The position numbers were made by a program, and so were the translations under genes. A stretch of DNA of 63,277 nt, the filler included, from Vermamoeba vermiformis (Eukaryota), in assembly GCA_045837725.1 (NCBI GenBank). It is 5 parts of 5 records of this genome, joined end to end, with 100 filler letters (N's around TTAATTAATTAA, not from the genome) between each part and the next. Parts side by side here need not be neighbours in the genome. Positions count along the whole stretch, not along the records: positions 1 to 29,223 come from JBEWZL010000159.1; positions 29,324 to 35,262 come from JBEWZL010000160.1; positions 35,363 to 48,984 come from JBEWZL010000164.1; 2 more parts are not named here. One strand, 5' to 3'. This document shows, one piece after another, positions 26,673 through 37,188 of this stretch (positions are counted from its first letter, which is position 1; each line of letters begins with the position of its first letter). The notes under the pieces are model-generated. The model did not search any database, was not told the origin of the DNA, and worked only from the letters and a program-made list of their open reading frames with translations.

Positions 26673-28217
26673 ATGCCGCCAGCAGGTGAACAAGAGCAAA
26701 ATCCGAGCCTATGGAAGCTTTTAGGCGGCTACATTACCTTCGTGGCCTTCGTAATTTGGAAATATTTCGAGCCAGTCCGCCATTTTATGCATAGCCGCGT
26801 TAGCCAGAAGTATTCAGAAGCAGTGGCTATGGCGTTTATGTTGCTAATTTTCTCGCTAATGTAAGTTTGGTCAATTCTTTATTTCAAATTATGTTAGTAA
26901 TACCTCGAGCAGGTTTTATTCTCGCAAGTTATTGAAAGGATACGTTCAAAGCGTGCTATGCGGCATTTTCTTATTGGCGATCATTACGGCGGTCGTAAGT
27001 TATTCTTTCAAAAGAATTGGTAATTTAATGACACTTGGCAGTTCTCTGGAGACTCTGTCAATGATATTGAAAGAGAATTGGACAAACAAGCGGTGGGGAA
27101 TTATTTCCGAGAATTAGCGGCTTCGTTATTGCATCAGATTCATCGACTCTATGGATTTTTTGGTAGATCAGGTACGAGCATTTATTTTCTCAGTGAAATG
27201 AAAAATATCAAATTTATTTATCTTTGCCTTGTTTAGGCACGGCCAAGACGAAAATTGCCGAAACGTTAGTAGCCCTCCACGAAGCATTGCCAGAAGCTTA
27301 CGTCAATTCTCGAGTATTTTTTTTGCACAACCAGCTGTTGTCACAATCTGTCGAGGACTTCTTTAATCCATCGGACGTAGATTCGTTGACAGGTTGGGTA
27401 CTTCACGGATGTGGAAGGGAAACGTGTTATTTGATCTTAGACGACTTGCACCTTCTGTTGGATTACTACTACATTAGGTTGAATCAACCTGATCAAGTAG
27501 AGCTCTTCTTCAGCAAGCTACAAGCTTTAGTCAACGACAATCCTTCTGCCGTTGTCATAATGATTATCGAGATCACGTCTTTCAGTCAGAGTCTTGGCGA
27601 ATCAAGGATAGCTAACGTTACATCAAATCAAGAGCTGCAAAAAGTGTTTCAGGAAGAGGACGTCGTCTTTAATCGACTCGGCAAGAACTACTTGCCAGTG
27701 TACTTCAAAGACGTGCATCACAACTACAACGAGTGGAGAGCTGCCATGCTTGGACATCTCAACGAGCTTGCGGTTAGTGCAGTCAAAGCCTCTTTGACAC
27801 AACCAAACCCTTTTGACAAGGGCACCAAGATCGAGTAAGTAACTGTTAATCTAGTTGATCATAGGCACGTAGCTAATGGTTGTCTTAATTCTTAGGTTCG
27901 ACGAGTCAGTGTTCAAAGAGACTCGTTCACTGGTCTACGCATTCAAAGACGTCAAAAAGTTCATTTTGCCGCGCTTGTACTGGAAGATCATTGACGCGAA
28001 CACACCGCGTGACTGCATCCCTGCAAATGATCGTATTCTCACTGTCTACCTGAGAGACGACTTCGAGGTCAAGTGTGAACATTGTAACTGGCTCTGCTTC
28101 ATACGAAATTCAGACACGTGGACCCGCATCCGCTCGAGACTGTCACTCGTGCCTGCTGAGTTCTACTTACGTGGCATGGAAATTATTAAGATAATCTTCA
28201 GTGCATTGACTGTGTAG
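26673..28217 (+). CDS. Membrane-anchored P-loop NTPase-like protein
   Basis: Three N-terminal hydrophobic segments; spliced Walker A-like GRSG|TAKT and Walker B-like YLILDD. Confidence 0.55.
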
Positions 28218-28309
28218 CCGATGTATAAAGCGTTAAAGTTTAAATGTAATAAATAACCGTCATTCTTCACTACGCAGTATCTTTGGAATAAGGAGAAACG
28301 AATGATTTA

Positions 28310-29005
28310 TTAATCGACATTTTCAGGCTGGTTTAATTCTTCGGCCTTGCCCGGTTGGATCACATTATTGAGCGAAAGAGATTCGACAGTCTTTACCAAA
28401 CCTTGGGATATCTGTGATCTTAGGCGTTGGATCTCTTCGTCTTTCTTGCTGTCTCGTACATTCGCTAGGGCCAACTGTTCCTGTATGTCTTTCATTTTGG
28501 AATTAAGTTCGTTGGTGTCATTAGTATGGTTTTGACGTTCTCCTCGTAGTTTTGAAGTCACAGTAACAAGAGCTACTGTTAAACATCCAATAATAGTCGT
28601 CAGAAGGGCAACCAAGAAATTGGTGTTGTTGATCTGAGCGGGCTCGTCAATCGGTTGAGTCGGTAAGGCAATTTTCGTTTGATTGTTGTCGTTAGGTTCT
28701 TTAGGGACCGGAGATTTGCCAGGGTCTCTGATGGAGAGCGCATCCAAGTATTCTTGACAGATATTTGTATTTTCCTGCAGCTCTTTATCAAATTGAAGTT
28801 CCTGCTCCTGGTTGCATACAGTATAGAAAGTTTTTGTCGCCAAAGTCTTGCCAGGTGGAATGCATCCGTTTTGAGAAAGTTCGCAAAACTTCAGGCAGGC
28901 TTCTGGAGGATCTCCACCGGAGCAGGCTTGTAAGTAGAGGGACTCAGCGTAGCTAAGAGCGAATACAGATGCGAGAAATAAAAGGACCTGTTGTGTTGCA
29001 GTCAT
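28310..29005 (-). CDS. Type I membrane protein (Cys-rich ectodomain, TM, coiled-coil tail)
   Basis: Signal MTATQQVLLFLASVFALSYA, six Cys, TM FLVALLTTIIGCLTVALVTV, heptad-like tail; single exon. Confidence 0.7.
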   Translation of the reverse strand: MTATQQVLLFLASVFALSYAESLYLQACSGGDPPEACLKFCELSQNGCIPPGKTLATKTFYTVCNQEQELQFDKELQENTNICQEYLDALSIRDPGKSPVPKEPNDNNQTKIALPTQPIDEPAQINNTNFLVALLTTIIGCLTVALVTVTSKLRGERQNHTNDTNELNSKMKDIQEQLALANVRDSKKDEEIQRLRSQISQGLVKTVESLSLNNVIQPGKAEELNQPENVD

Positions 29006-29223
29006 TTTAGAAAAACTATGATTGAAAGAATACAAAAAAATAAGAAATAAATTCAATTCTTTTGCCCAAAATTCAATCAAACACGTGGCACTTAATTCAT
29101 TCTCTTTATCAAAAAGAGTCATGCCTCGAAAGGTGGTGCTTATATACCAGGACAAGCCAACCTCAGGCTTAAGTTGTTTCGTTTCTTTTGTGCGGTGTTT
29201 TTAAACCGAAGTTTGACTTTCGT

Positions 29224-29323
29224 NNNNNNNNNNNNNNNNNNNNNNNNNNNNNNNNNNNNNNNNNNNNTTAATTAATTAANNNNNNNNNNNNNNNNNNNNN
29301 NNNNNNNNNNNNNNNNNNNNNNN
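29224..29323. other. Artificial contig spacer
   Basis: N-run + TTAATTAATTAA (stops in six frames) + N-run. Confidence 0.98.
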
Positions 29324-29502
29324 ACTAGTATCAAACTTTCTCGTACGATTGACCGTCATACAAGCGCTTGAAGTTTAAATTTGGCTTCGTAATCTTAACG
29401 CAATAAACCTTATTTGGAAACGTAGGATTGAAGTTAATCTTAAGCGCTCGGTGACATTGGTGACACGTGTCAATTTCTATCTTCATAGCTGTTTATAATA
29501 AG

Positions 29503-30509
29503 CTACATAAATGATATTGTGGCGTAAGCTATCGCTAACAATGAAATCGCTGCAGTTTTCGCGGCTGAAGTTAACGACCGAGGCGTGGATCCAGCCGCAA
29601 CTGGGTTTCGCGAATCAGTTGGAGCTTCGTTAGTAGGAGTTATTGGACCTTCAGCCACTGTCGGAGACAGAAACTGTGGGCTACTATTAGGCACAGAAGT
29701 TATGGGTTCATTTGACGCTACTGGTCCGCTCTGAGGGGTAGCGGAGGGAACTCCGACAGGAGGATCTGGATCTTTCGGCGCAGCAACAGGATTTTGATTT
29801 GGAGTGTCGGAAGGTATAGGACTGCTTGTTGGTGATCCTACTGGATTATTTGCAGTAGTTGGTTCAGCCGTTGGAGACGACAAGGGCTCCGCAGAGGATC
29901 CGCAACTGTTTTGAACGTAGGCCAAGTAGCTCTCGTGCAATGGGCATGTCTCGTTAAAAATAATAATAAAATCGTCATAATTGTCAGAGGAGCAATTGAC
30001 AGAATTGTAGAATCATCGAGTGGGAGTCATTCATTATCGTAGTAAAAACAATACATGTATTAGGTATGCCTAATTAATATTAAAACCTCCGCTCTAGTAA
30101 TTACAATGTAAATTTACCTGCGTAAACTTGATCTGGATACTGACACGGCACTTGCGATCCAAGGTCTCCAGGGTATTGATTATCACTATAGACAGCTGTC
30201 CATCCATTAGGTACGGACCTACTCAATGTTTGATTGCAATCGAGCTTATAGTACTGCCCGCTAGTCCAGTACTGGGTGCACGAACTGAGCGGATCGCACT
30301 AAAAAATAAATAATTTTTCAAAAGTCTGTTGATAATTATATCCTTACATTATAGGACCAATCATAATAATGCATTTGACCAATAGGATTTGTGCATTTTG
30401 AATCGCTGTAAGTCGTCCAAACGTAGAAATTATTTTCATTCTCGCCAGAGGCTCTGGATCCAATTACAAAAAGCCCAATGATAAAGTATAATAGATGAAT
30501 ATGCGTCAT
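29503..30509 (-). CDS. Secreted Ser/Thr/Pro-rich, probably GPI-anchored surface protein
   Basis: Signal MTHIHLLYFIIGLFVIG, Cys-containing N-domain, mucin-like stalk, hydrophobic C-terminus SAAKTAAISLLAIAYATISFM. Confidence 0.72.
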
Positions 30510-31126
30510 TACGTATTGTGGTCACTTAGTTATCGCATCGTAAATAAACAAGATTTTCTGTCAAACGTCGTGCACGTGTTTCTAAGCTTAGAAATTTCCC
30601 CTTGTTGTGAACCGCCTAATTTAATGTGACATCAAGTCACCTCCTAATTGTTCTTTATTATTTGTTTTATAAAACAATAGTGCAAATATTAACCACCACA
30701 TATCAGTTGTATCATTAATTTACTTGAAGTAAGTTCAACTTAGTTATCACATCTACAACGAAGCATCTGCCGGACATGAGAATATTATAACTATATTATA
30801 CTAATATTTATTCAAATATTACGAAACGAATACGCGTAATTTCTGCAAACAACAGAGAATTTAATATATATATATATTATATTTAACTAAAAAATAAATA
30901 TCTATTTGTCCGAGGATAGATATAACGATTATCGATGATATCAAAGATAATTTTAAAATTGGAATTATTAGATCAAATTAATTTAATTACCAGCATTGTT
31001 AATAAAATCTTTTATCGCGTTCAACGCGAAACGAATTCAGAACTCCCGATCGCCATCGAATATTTATATATTACCGTAACTATTATAATAGCATCGTTCA
31101 TGTACTAACAATAACCATCAATAGAA

Positions 31127-31603
31127 ATGACGGATTCACAACACCACGAATTTATTCGACGAGCAATTAAGTTAGCTGAACTCGCAGTAGAACATGGAAA
31201 TCATCCTTTTGGAGCTTTATTAGTACACAATGGCAAGATTATACTTGAAGCTGAAAACACAGTTAATTCGGATAAAGATCCGACCGGTCACGCAGAAACG
31301 AATCTGGTCCGCTTAGCCGGCAAAACCATCGCTCCAGAAGTTCTTCGGGAGTCTATACTATACACTAGTACTGAACCATGCATGATGTGCTCTGGCGGAA
31401 TGTACTGGGGCGGGATCTCGCACGTCGTGTACTGCTGTTCTGAAACTACGCTTGCTAAGTACGCCGGCGATGATTTTTTAACTCCGTGCAGAGAAATATT
31501 CGCAAAAGGCAAGGCGAGAGCGGTTAAAGTCGAAGGACCTATCTTGGAAGAGGAGGGCGCTCCGTTACACGCCAAGTACTGGCCGAATTTGAATCATCAT
31601 TGA
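31127..31603 (+). CDS. Zn-dependent nucleoside/nucleotide deaminase (guanine deaminase/TadA-like)
   Basis: PFGA, HAE, EPCMMC motifs; intronless 158 aa. Confidence 0.92.
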   Translation: MTDSQHHEFIRRAIKLAELAVEHGNHPFGALLVHNGKIILEAENTVNSDKDPTGHAETNLVRLAGKTIAPEVLRESILYTSTEPCMMCSGGMYWGGISHVVYCCSETTLAKYAGDDFLTPCREIFAKGKARAVKVEGPILEEEGAPLHAKYWPNLNHH

Positions 31604-31862
31604 AGTTGAGTGTAACGAATAAATATTATATAAAGTGATACTAGCATAATCTTAATTTAAAACAGCGACCAACGCTGAATTTGTACTCTGAAAAAAAATT
31701 CAGTCATGCTTCCTTGTCTGATCTCACATGCATGCATTCGCAGCCTTTCACTAAGTACGTAGCATAAAATGTTATGAAAAAAAAAGACATAGTACTGTAT
31801 TAATAATAAAATTTAGTAATTTATGGACGTACGTAGAACTCGTCAGGATTAACGAGCTGCTG

Positions 31863-32671
31863 TTAGTTGCAGTTCTCGTCGAATGACAAGTAGGTATTGC
31901 GGTACAACGAGGCACTAGGACCAGCAGGCACATTAAAATAGAGATGACGACCGTCGTCGAAGTCAAACGCGATCCAGAATCCTTTTGACTGAACAAAATT
32001 GTTGCCACCTCTTCTAACATATGTTCTTGAGCAATCAGTGTTGTCTAAGTACTGTAATTCCTTAGAATAATAAATATCATTCGCTGGCGAGTCGCTCCAG
32101 AAATCTGCGTAGCTGATCGAGACATTGAATTTCGGTGAACCATCATAACCTCCTCCTAAAGGCTCAAATTAGCCTAATCGTACTGTAGCGGGGTAGTTAT
32201 TATTATTAAATTACCGCTCAGGAAGAAATCATAGAGAGTTGCCCATTTGAAATCAGGCGAGCTTCGAAGACCTAACGTTGGAAACGTTCCGGATGTAGTA
32301 AACGGATAAGAAGTGTGCGTATAAGTGTCATACAGAGTAGAAGTCAATCCAGCATATCTATTTTCCTGCTCTATTAATCGTTAGCATCCCATTCGAATTC
32401 TTCTTCTTGGGGTCGATCGAATCCAAAACTTGCCTAAAAGAACCAAAATGGCGTAGAGATCGCCATCATTGAACTCCAATAGCCATCTATGTTGCTGGTT
32501 GTCCGAGACATTGAACGGATTTGAGTACTGAGGGAATAAAAATCCTTCGTTATTGTAGAAGCTGTCGTTGGTAGACGGGCCATCTGTTGGGCAGATCTGA
32601 GCGCTAACGCCGTAGAAAGCAATCAATACTATAGCGCAGATAAAATACGAGCGATGTTGAGCGATATTCAT
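31863..32671 (-). CDS. Hypothetical secreted protein
   Basis: Signal ..FICAIVLIAFYGVSAQICP; three exons ending ..SFDENCN*. Confidence 0.6.
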
Positions 32672-33179
32672 TGTCGAGCTAAGTGGATTGGGATCCAGGT
32701 TGGATTTGAACAATGACGCCAAACCGTTTATATTCTTTCAGGCACTTCTAAATCAGGTATTGTGCGCAATCTCCAACAAATGAGCTAAATTACACGGGGT
32801 TTTCCGCGATAGAGCGCCGTTTAGTTCGCAAATGCAGCACCATTTTTGTTTGATGCACCAGCAAGAGACCTCATTCCGATTAATCCTGATGACATCTATC
32901 AAAATTAACACATATTAGTCTATTTGAATATTTTATGGTAAGTAATTTCGTTTTTAAAATACAAGAGCGCGTTGCCGTGAAATTTTTGGCGAAATCCATT
33001 TTAAAAATTATCATTACCTTCTGTCCCAATCATGGTACATATTGATACGCATTACAACGAATTTTTATATAATTTTTTGGGCTTTTTTTATCGTCAGATT
33101 CTAGAGGGAGCGATAAAAAGCGGATTCGCACCTCATTTTCAGTCCAATTAATGCTGTTAACAACGCATCGTCTTATAAT

Positions 33180-34094
33180 ATGACTAACGCAAAGTATTTA
33201 GTCGTGGTGTTATTGTTATTTTGTTTGCGCGATTGTTCTTGCAACAATTCGGATCCCTGCTTGAACAATCCGAGCCCAAACTCGATTGTGCCCTTCAGAC
33301 AAGTTGTGACTACCACCTCAACCTTGTACTCACCTTATGGCGATGAAATAAGCATCTACGACAGCACTAACTGCTATTTGCTCCACATTTACTCGTTCTC
33401 GATGTATCAATATGCGTCCAGTACGTTTACAAGTCCGGACTTAATCCGGTTTTGTTGCTTTTCCTTGCTAATTTGGACTATAGGTGTGTATACGCCCCAT
33501 GCTGAGGCAAGTATCAGCGGTTATCTCCAAGACACTTGCAATAATGGCCAGCAACTTGATCTCGCTGTATTCGAATACACGAACACTCCTATATTAAACT
33601 TTGCTTCCACCTTATCAACAGTTAATGTTAGTCCGTTATTTTTACAAGGTAAACTCGCAAATACGTAACGCAATTCTTAATTAATTATTTTAGGAAGTTT
33701 ATTCAACGGATCGTTCTCATGGACCGCTAACGTGACTCTGGATGCAGCTACTTTCACGTCTAATACTAGTAATCCATCGGATGTATATCAGAAAGACGAA
33801 TTTGTTACCTTTGACAACTCGCCGTGCACGATTCGAATCCGAGCAGATTTCATTGACCGTGCATCTCTCTACTCGCCGAATATACCATTAAGAATTCGAC
33901 TCTACAACGGAACATTGCTACAGTTTACTTACCCCGCTAATATCCGCGCTTTAGCATCCAGTTCAGTCATTCAGAAATATTATCAACAATGCACGTGCGC
34001 TGAATCTTCTTCTGATGCGCAAGCCACGGCTGAAAATCAATATAGATTTACTCCTCCAACCATTGCCGGTGTTCGGACGTCGTTGGAATGTTGA
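33180..34094 (+). CDS. Hypothetical secreted protein
   Basis: Signal MTNAKYLVVVLLLFCL; exons joined by GT-AG introns; Cys-containing. Confidence 0.6.
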
Positions 34095-34408
34095 CACGTG
34101 TCATACCTAAGTGTCAAAAAGGCTCGATCTGCTTTCCAATAAATCTACGTTCAACGTCATTGAAGCATCGGTACCAAGATGCATTATTAACGAGACGCCA
34201 TTTACTTGCTAGAGAAAAAAAGAACCTCGGCCTTACACGAATCACACAAATCCGAATCACATCGAAGTTACCGGACAAATTGTCCTCAACTGCTTTGTTC
34301 CCTTGCCACAGGTACATATCTCGTCAGCTAGCTGCGGATGTATATAAAGATGTTATTTTAATAGTGTCAGACTCACTAGCGGATTTATTTGTTAAGGTAC
34401 AGCTCAGA

Positions 34409-35032
34409 TTAATTGGATGAGCAAGTGGACATCTCGATGTAGCCTTCGCTGGTCATTGAACAGGTGTCCTGCTCCACGTTGCTATTAGCCACTGGTGTTC
34501 CGGAGCAATCAGGAGTTGAATAAGTTCTCGAGCTGACGACGCCTTGATCGCAAGTTGTGATTTGAGATCCGCTAAATCCAGACGGGCCGACTTGAGGCGT
34601 GCATTGGTTAGGTTTGTATATACGCACCCAGCTCAAGTCGTCTTCACAAGTAGCGTTTAGTTGCTGGAACAACTTACGAACGCCGAAAACTCCGGTGAGA
34701 ACGTAATCAGCTCCAAAATACTTGGAATAATCTATTTGGCCTTTGATGCATAGAAGAGTGCCACCAGTAGGGTCGCAGGCGCTATTAAATGGAACTTGTT
34801 GCAAGATCTTGCATTGACTGCAGAACGGATCTCGGCAAGAATACATGGTAAACTGCTCGGCATCGCATTGGATGTACTGCCATCCAACATCGAGTAAGGC
34901 AGGAGCACATTCTCCAGGATAGAAGTAGCCAACAGTCGGATCTGTGGCATTACAGGGGACCGTCAAAACTGAATCTGCCAAACAGCCACTAATTATGACT
35001 GATAATACGAAAACAGCAATAATGCAGCGCAT
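34409..35032 (-). CDS. Secreted Cys-rich protein
   Basis: 207-aa intronless ORF, signal MRCIIAVFVLSVIISGCLA, two Cys-rich modules. Confidence 0.75.
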   Translation of the reverse strand: MRCIIAVFVLSVIISGCLADSVLTVPCNATDPTVGYFYPGECAPALLDVGWQYIQCDAEQFTMYSCRDPFCSQCKILQQVPFNSACDPTGGTLLCIKGQIDYSKYFGADYVLTGVFGVRKLFQQLNATCEDDLSWVRIYKPNQCTPQVGPSGFSGSQITTCDQGVVSSRTYSTPDCSGTPVANSNVEQDTCSMTSEGYIEMSTCSSN

Positions 35033-35262
35033 ATTGGTGTTGTTTACAGGTTATTTTGATATGATTAATGCAATCAGTCCTCTTTCTTTTATCTTTTCGC
35101 ATTTTTTCTTTTTTTCGGGATCAGATGGGACCTATTTCGTTGTATAATTTTCAATTTCGATTTTTTGTGTCCGCTATTATTTAAGCAATAACATATCATA
35201 AATAATTCATAAATAATTTATTAAATGCTTAAGCGTGGATCGCTTCAAACTCGAAAACCGCG

Positions 35263-35362
35263 NNNNNNNNNNNNNNNNNNNNNNNNNNNNNNNNNNNNNN
35301 NNNNNNTTAATTAATTAANNNNNNNNNNNNNNNNNNNNNNNNNNNNNNNNNNNNNNNNNNNN
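35263..35362. other. Artificial contig spacer
   Basis: N-run + TTAATTAATTAA + N-run. Confidence 0.98.
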
Positions 35363-35439
35363 CTTTTATAGTATATATTAGGTTACTGCAGTTTAGGGTT
35401 ATGCGTTCTACAGGACCAAAAACACCCTTGTAAATCAGA

Positions 35440-35881
35440 CTGGGGGCGTAGTCCTCAAAACTACGCCCTTGCGAGACAGAACGAGGGTGTAGTCCTCGAA
35501 ACTACACCCTTGCGAGATGGAACGAGGGTGTAGTCCTCGAAACTACGCCCTTGCCAGACGGAACGAGGGTGTAGTCCTCAAAACTACGCCCTTGCGAGAC
35601 AGAATGAGGGCGTAGTCCTCGAAACTACGCCCTTGTGAGACAGAACGAGGGTGTAGTCCTCAAAACTACGCCCTTGCCAGATGGAACGAGGGTGTAGTCC
35701 TTGAAACTACGCCCTTGCCAGATGGAACGAGGGTGTAGTCCTCAAAACTACGCCCTAGTGAGACAGAACGAGGGTGTAGTCCTCAAAACTATGCCCTTGT
35801 GAGACAGAACGAGGGTGTAGTCCTCAAAACTACGCCCTTGCCAGACGGAACGAGGGTGTAGTCCTCAAAACTACGCCCCAG
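35440..35881. repeat. Tandem array of about 11 x 41-bp units, each containing a hairpin
   Basis: Unit GAACGAGGGTGTAGTCCTC(A/G)AAACTAC(G/A)CCCTTG..AGA.. starts at 35479, 35520, 35561 and so on to 35848 (exact 41-bp period), plus a lead unit. Stem AGGGTGTAGT/ACTACACCCT, loop CCTCRAA. Confidence 0.95.
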
Positions 35882-36461
35882 CAAGAACAGATTGGGGCGC
35901 CTGTAAAATGTTGTGCAAATTGGCATGCAATATAGCATGATAATTTGCATGATAATTTGCATAATATGTCGGCACCTTCGTTTAACAGCTTTGTTTGGGA
36001 GAAATCCTCAACTACCATTGTCCTCTTGGGAAAGACGTTAAAAATCAGCGTTTACTGCCTGCACTAACAGTGTAGCCAAGAAAGACCCGCAAAGAAAAAA
36101 GAATATATTTATAGACCCAGAATACGGCTGCGAATTACTGAATTACTGCTGGTGCGCGAGTGAAGCAAGTGCGGCTATCAACGAGTCACGTGTTGTTGTT
36201 CATTAGTTTGATTAAAAAAAAAAGGATATCCGAACTATTTTTGGGTTACCAAATTTTCATGTTCTGATTTCGTAACACATGCCTGATGTCACGTTTTGTC
36301 AAGTTAAAATTGGTGCGAACGGTTGATCTACAGTTAAGCATTGATTTACAGCAGAAAGTAACGAGGCACGGTACCATAGCCGTTTCAGCGCAAGTCCTTT
36401 CGGATCAGTCAACATCGCACGTGTCAATTTTGGAAATTATGATTAAAAACTTACACAGATC

Positions 36462-36790
36462 GACCACAAGGGTCGATTTATTTTTTTATTTATGGATTGC
36501 GTTCAATTACAGTAGATAGTAACGCGCCACGGCATCAGAGCCGTTCAGCGCGAGTTATTTCGAGGATCAGAGCTGATGCGAAAATGGTGCACGGGCTATT
36601 TCGCATCAGTAATTCAACAGAACGACCACAAAGGTCGTTATATTTATTTAATGGAGATTATTGCAGCAGACAGTGACGCGCCGCGGTCGCCACGGCCATT
36701 CAGCGCGAGTTATTTCGAGGATCGACAGAGCGAATCTTCGGATTCGCAACATATCGGCTACAAGGTCGCTTTGTTTATTATTAGTAGATA
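36462..36790. repeat. Imperfect direct repeats (about 160-bp period, 2 copies plus a partial third)
   Basis: GACCACAA.GGTCG at 36462 and 36624 (CTACAAGGTCG at 36758); identical TTCAGCGCGAGTTATTTCGAGGATC at 36544 and 36699. Confidence 0.8.
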
Positions 36791-37188
36791 TTTTTTATCA
36801 ATATACGCGCCAAACGATAATCAGCGTCGTTGCAGCGCGGCTTTATCCTGGATCTCCGGAACGCCAAAAAAGGAGAAGTCACGTGTGTGGAACACGATTT
36901 AAAATTGAAACATGATTTCAATTCTACCCAATGCAACAACACAAACAACACATTTTATTAACAAACGCGCCACAAGCCCGTTTGTTGATAATATTGCAAA
37001 CCGAGTGCTCCACCCGACCACTCGATTCGCACGCTCTGCAGAGTAAATTCGCCAAATTTGCTCTACTACCCGAATTATTGCGATACATATTATTGTAATA
37101 TTCTTTAAAACAATCCGAGGTGTAATTGCGCACTTTCCGCCGAGTTCCCGATCGGAATCAGAATCAGAATCAATTTACCAAACTAATA

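Noticed and set aside
29224-29323. TTAATTAATTAA as a biological motif, and synteny across the N-runs
   Set aside because: The identical spacer occurs four times, so it is a concatenation linker and contig adjacency is not meaningful.
35363-35405. Left telomere making contig 3 a complete linear minichromosome
   Set aside because: Only a single TTTAGGGTT, in the wrong orientation; a left end would show (CCCTAA)n on the + strand.
35440-35881. CRISPR array
   Set aside because: Linkers between the palindromes are only about 14 nt and nearly identical rather than unique spacers; no cas genes; eukaryotic context.
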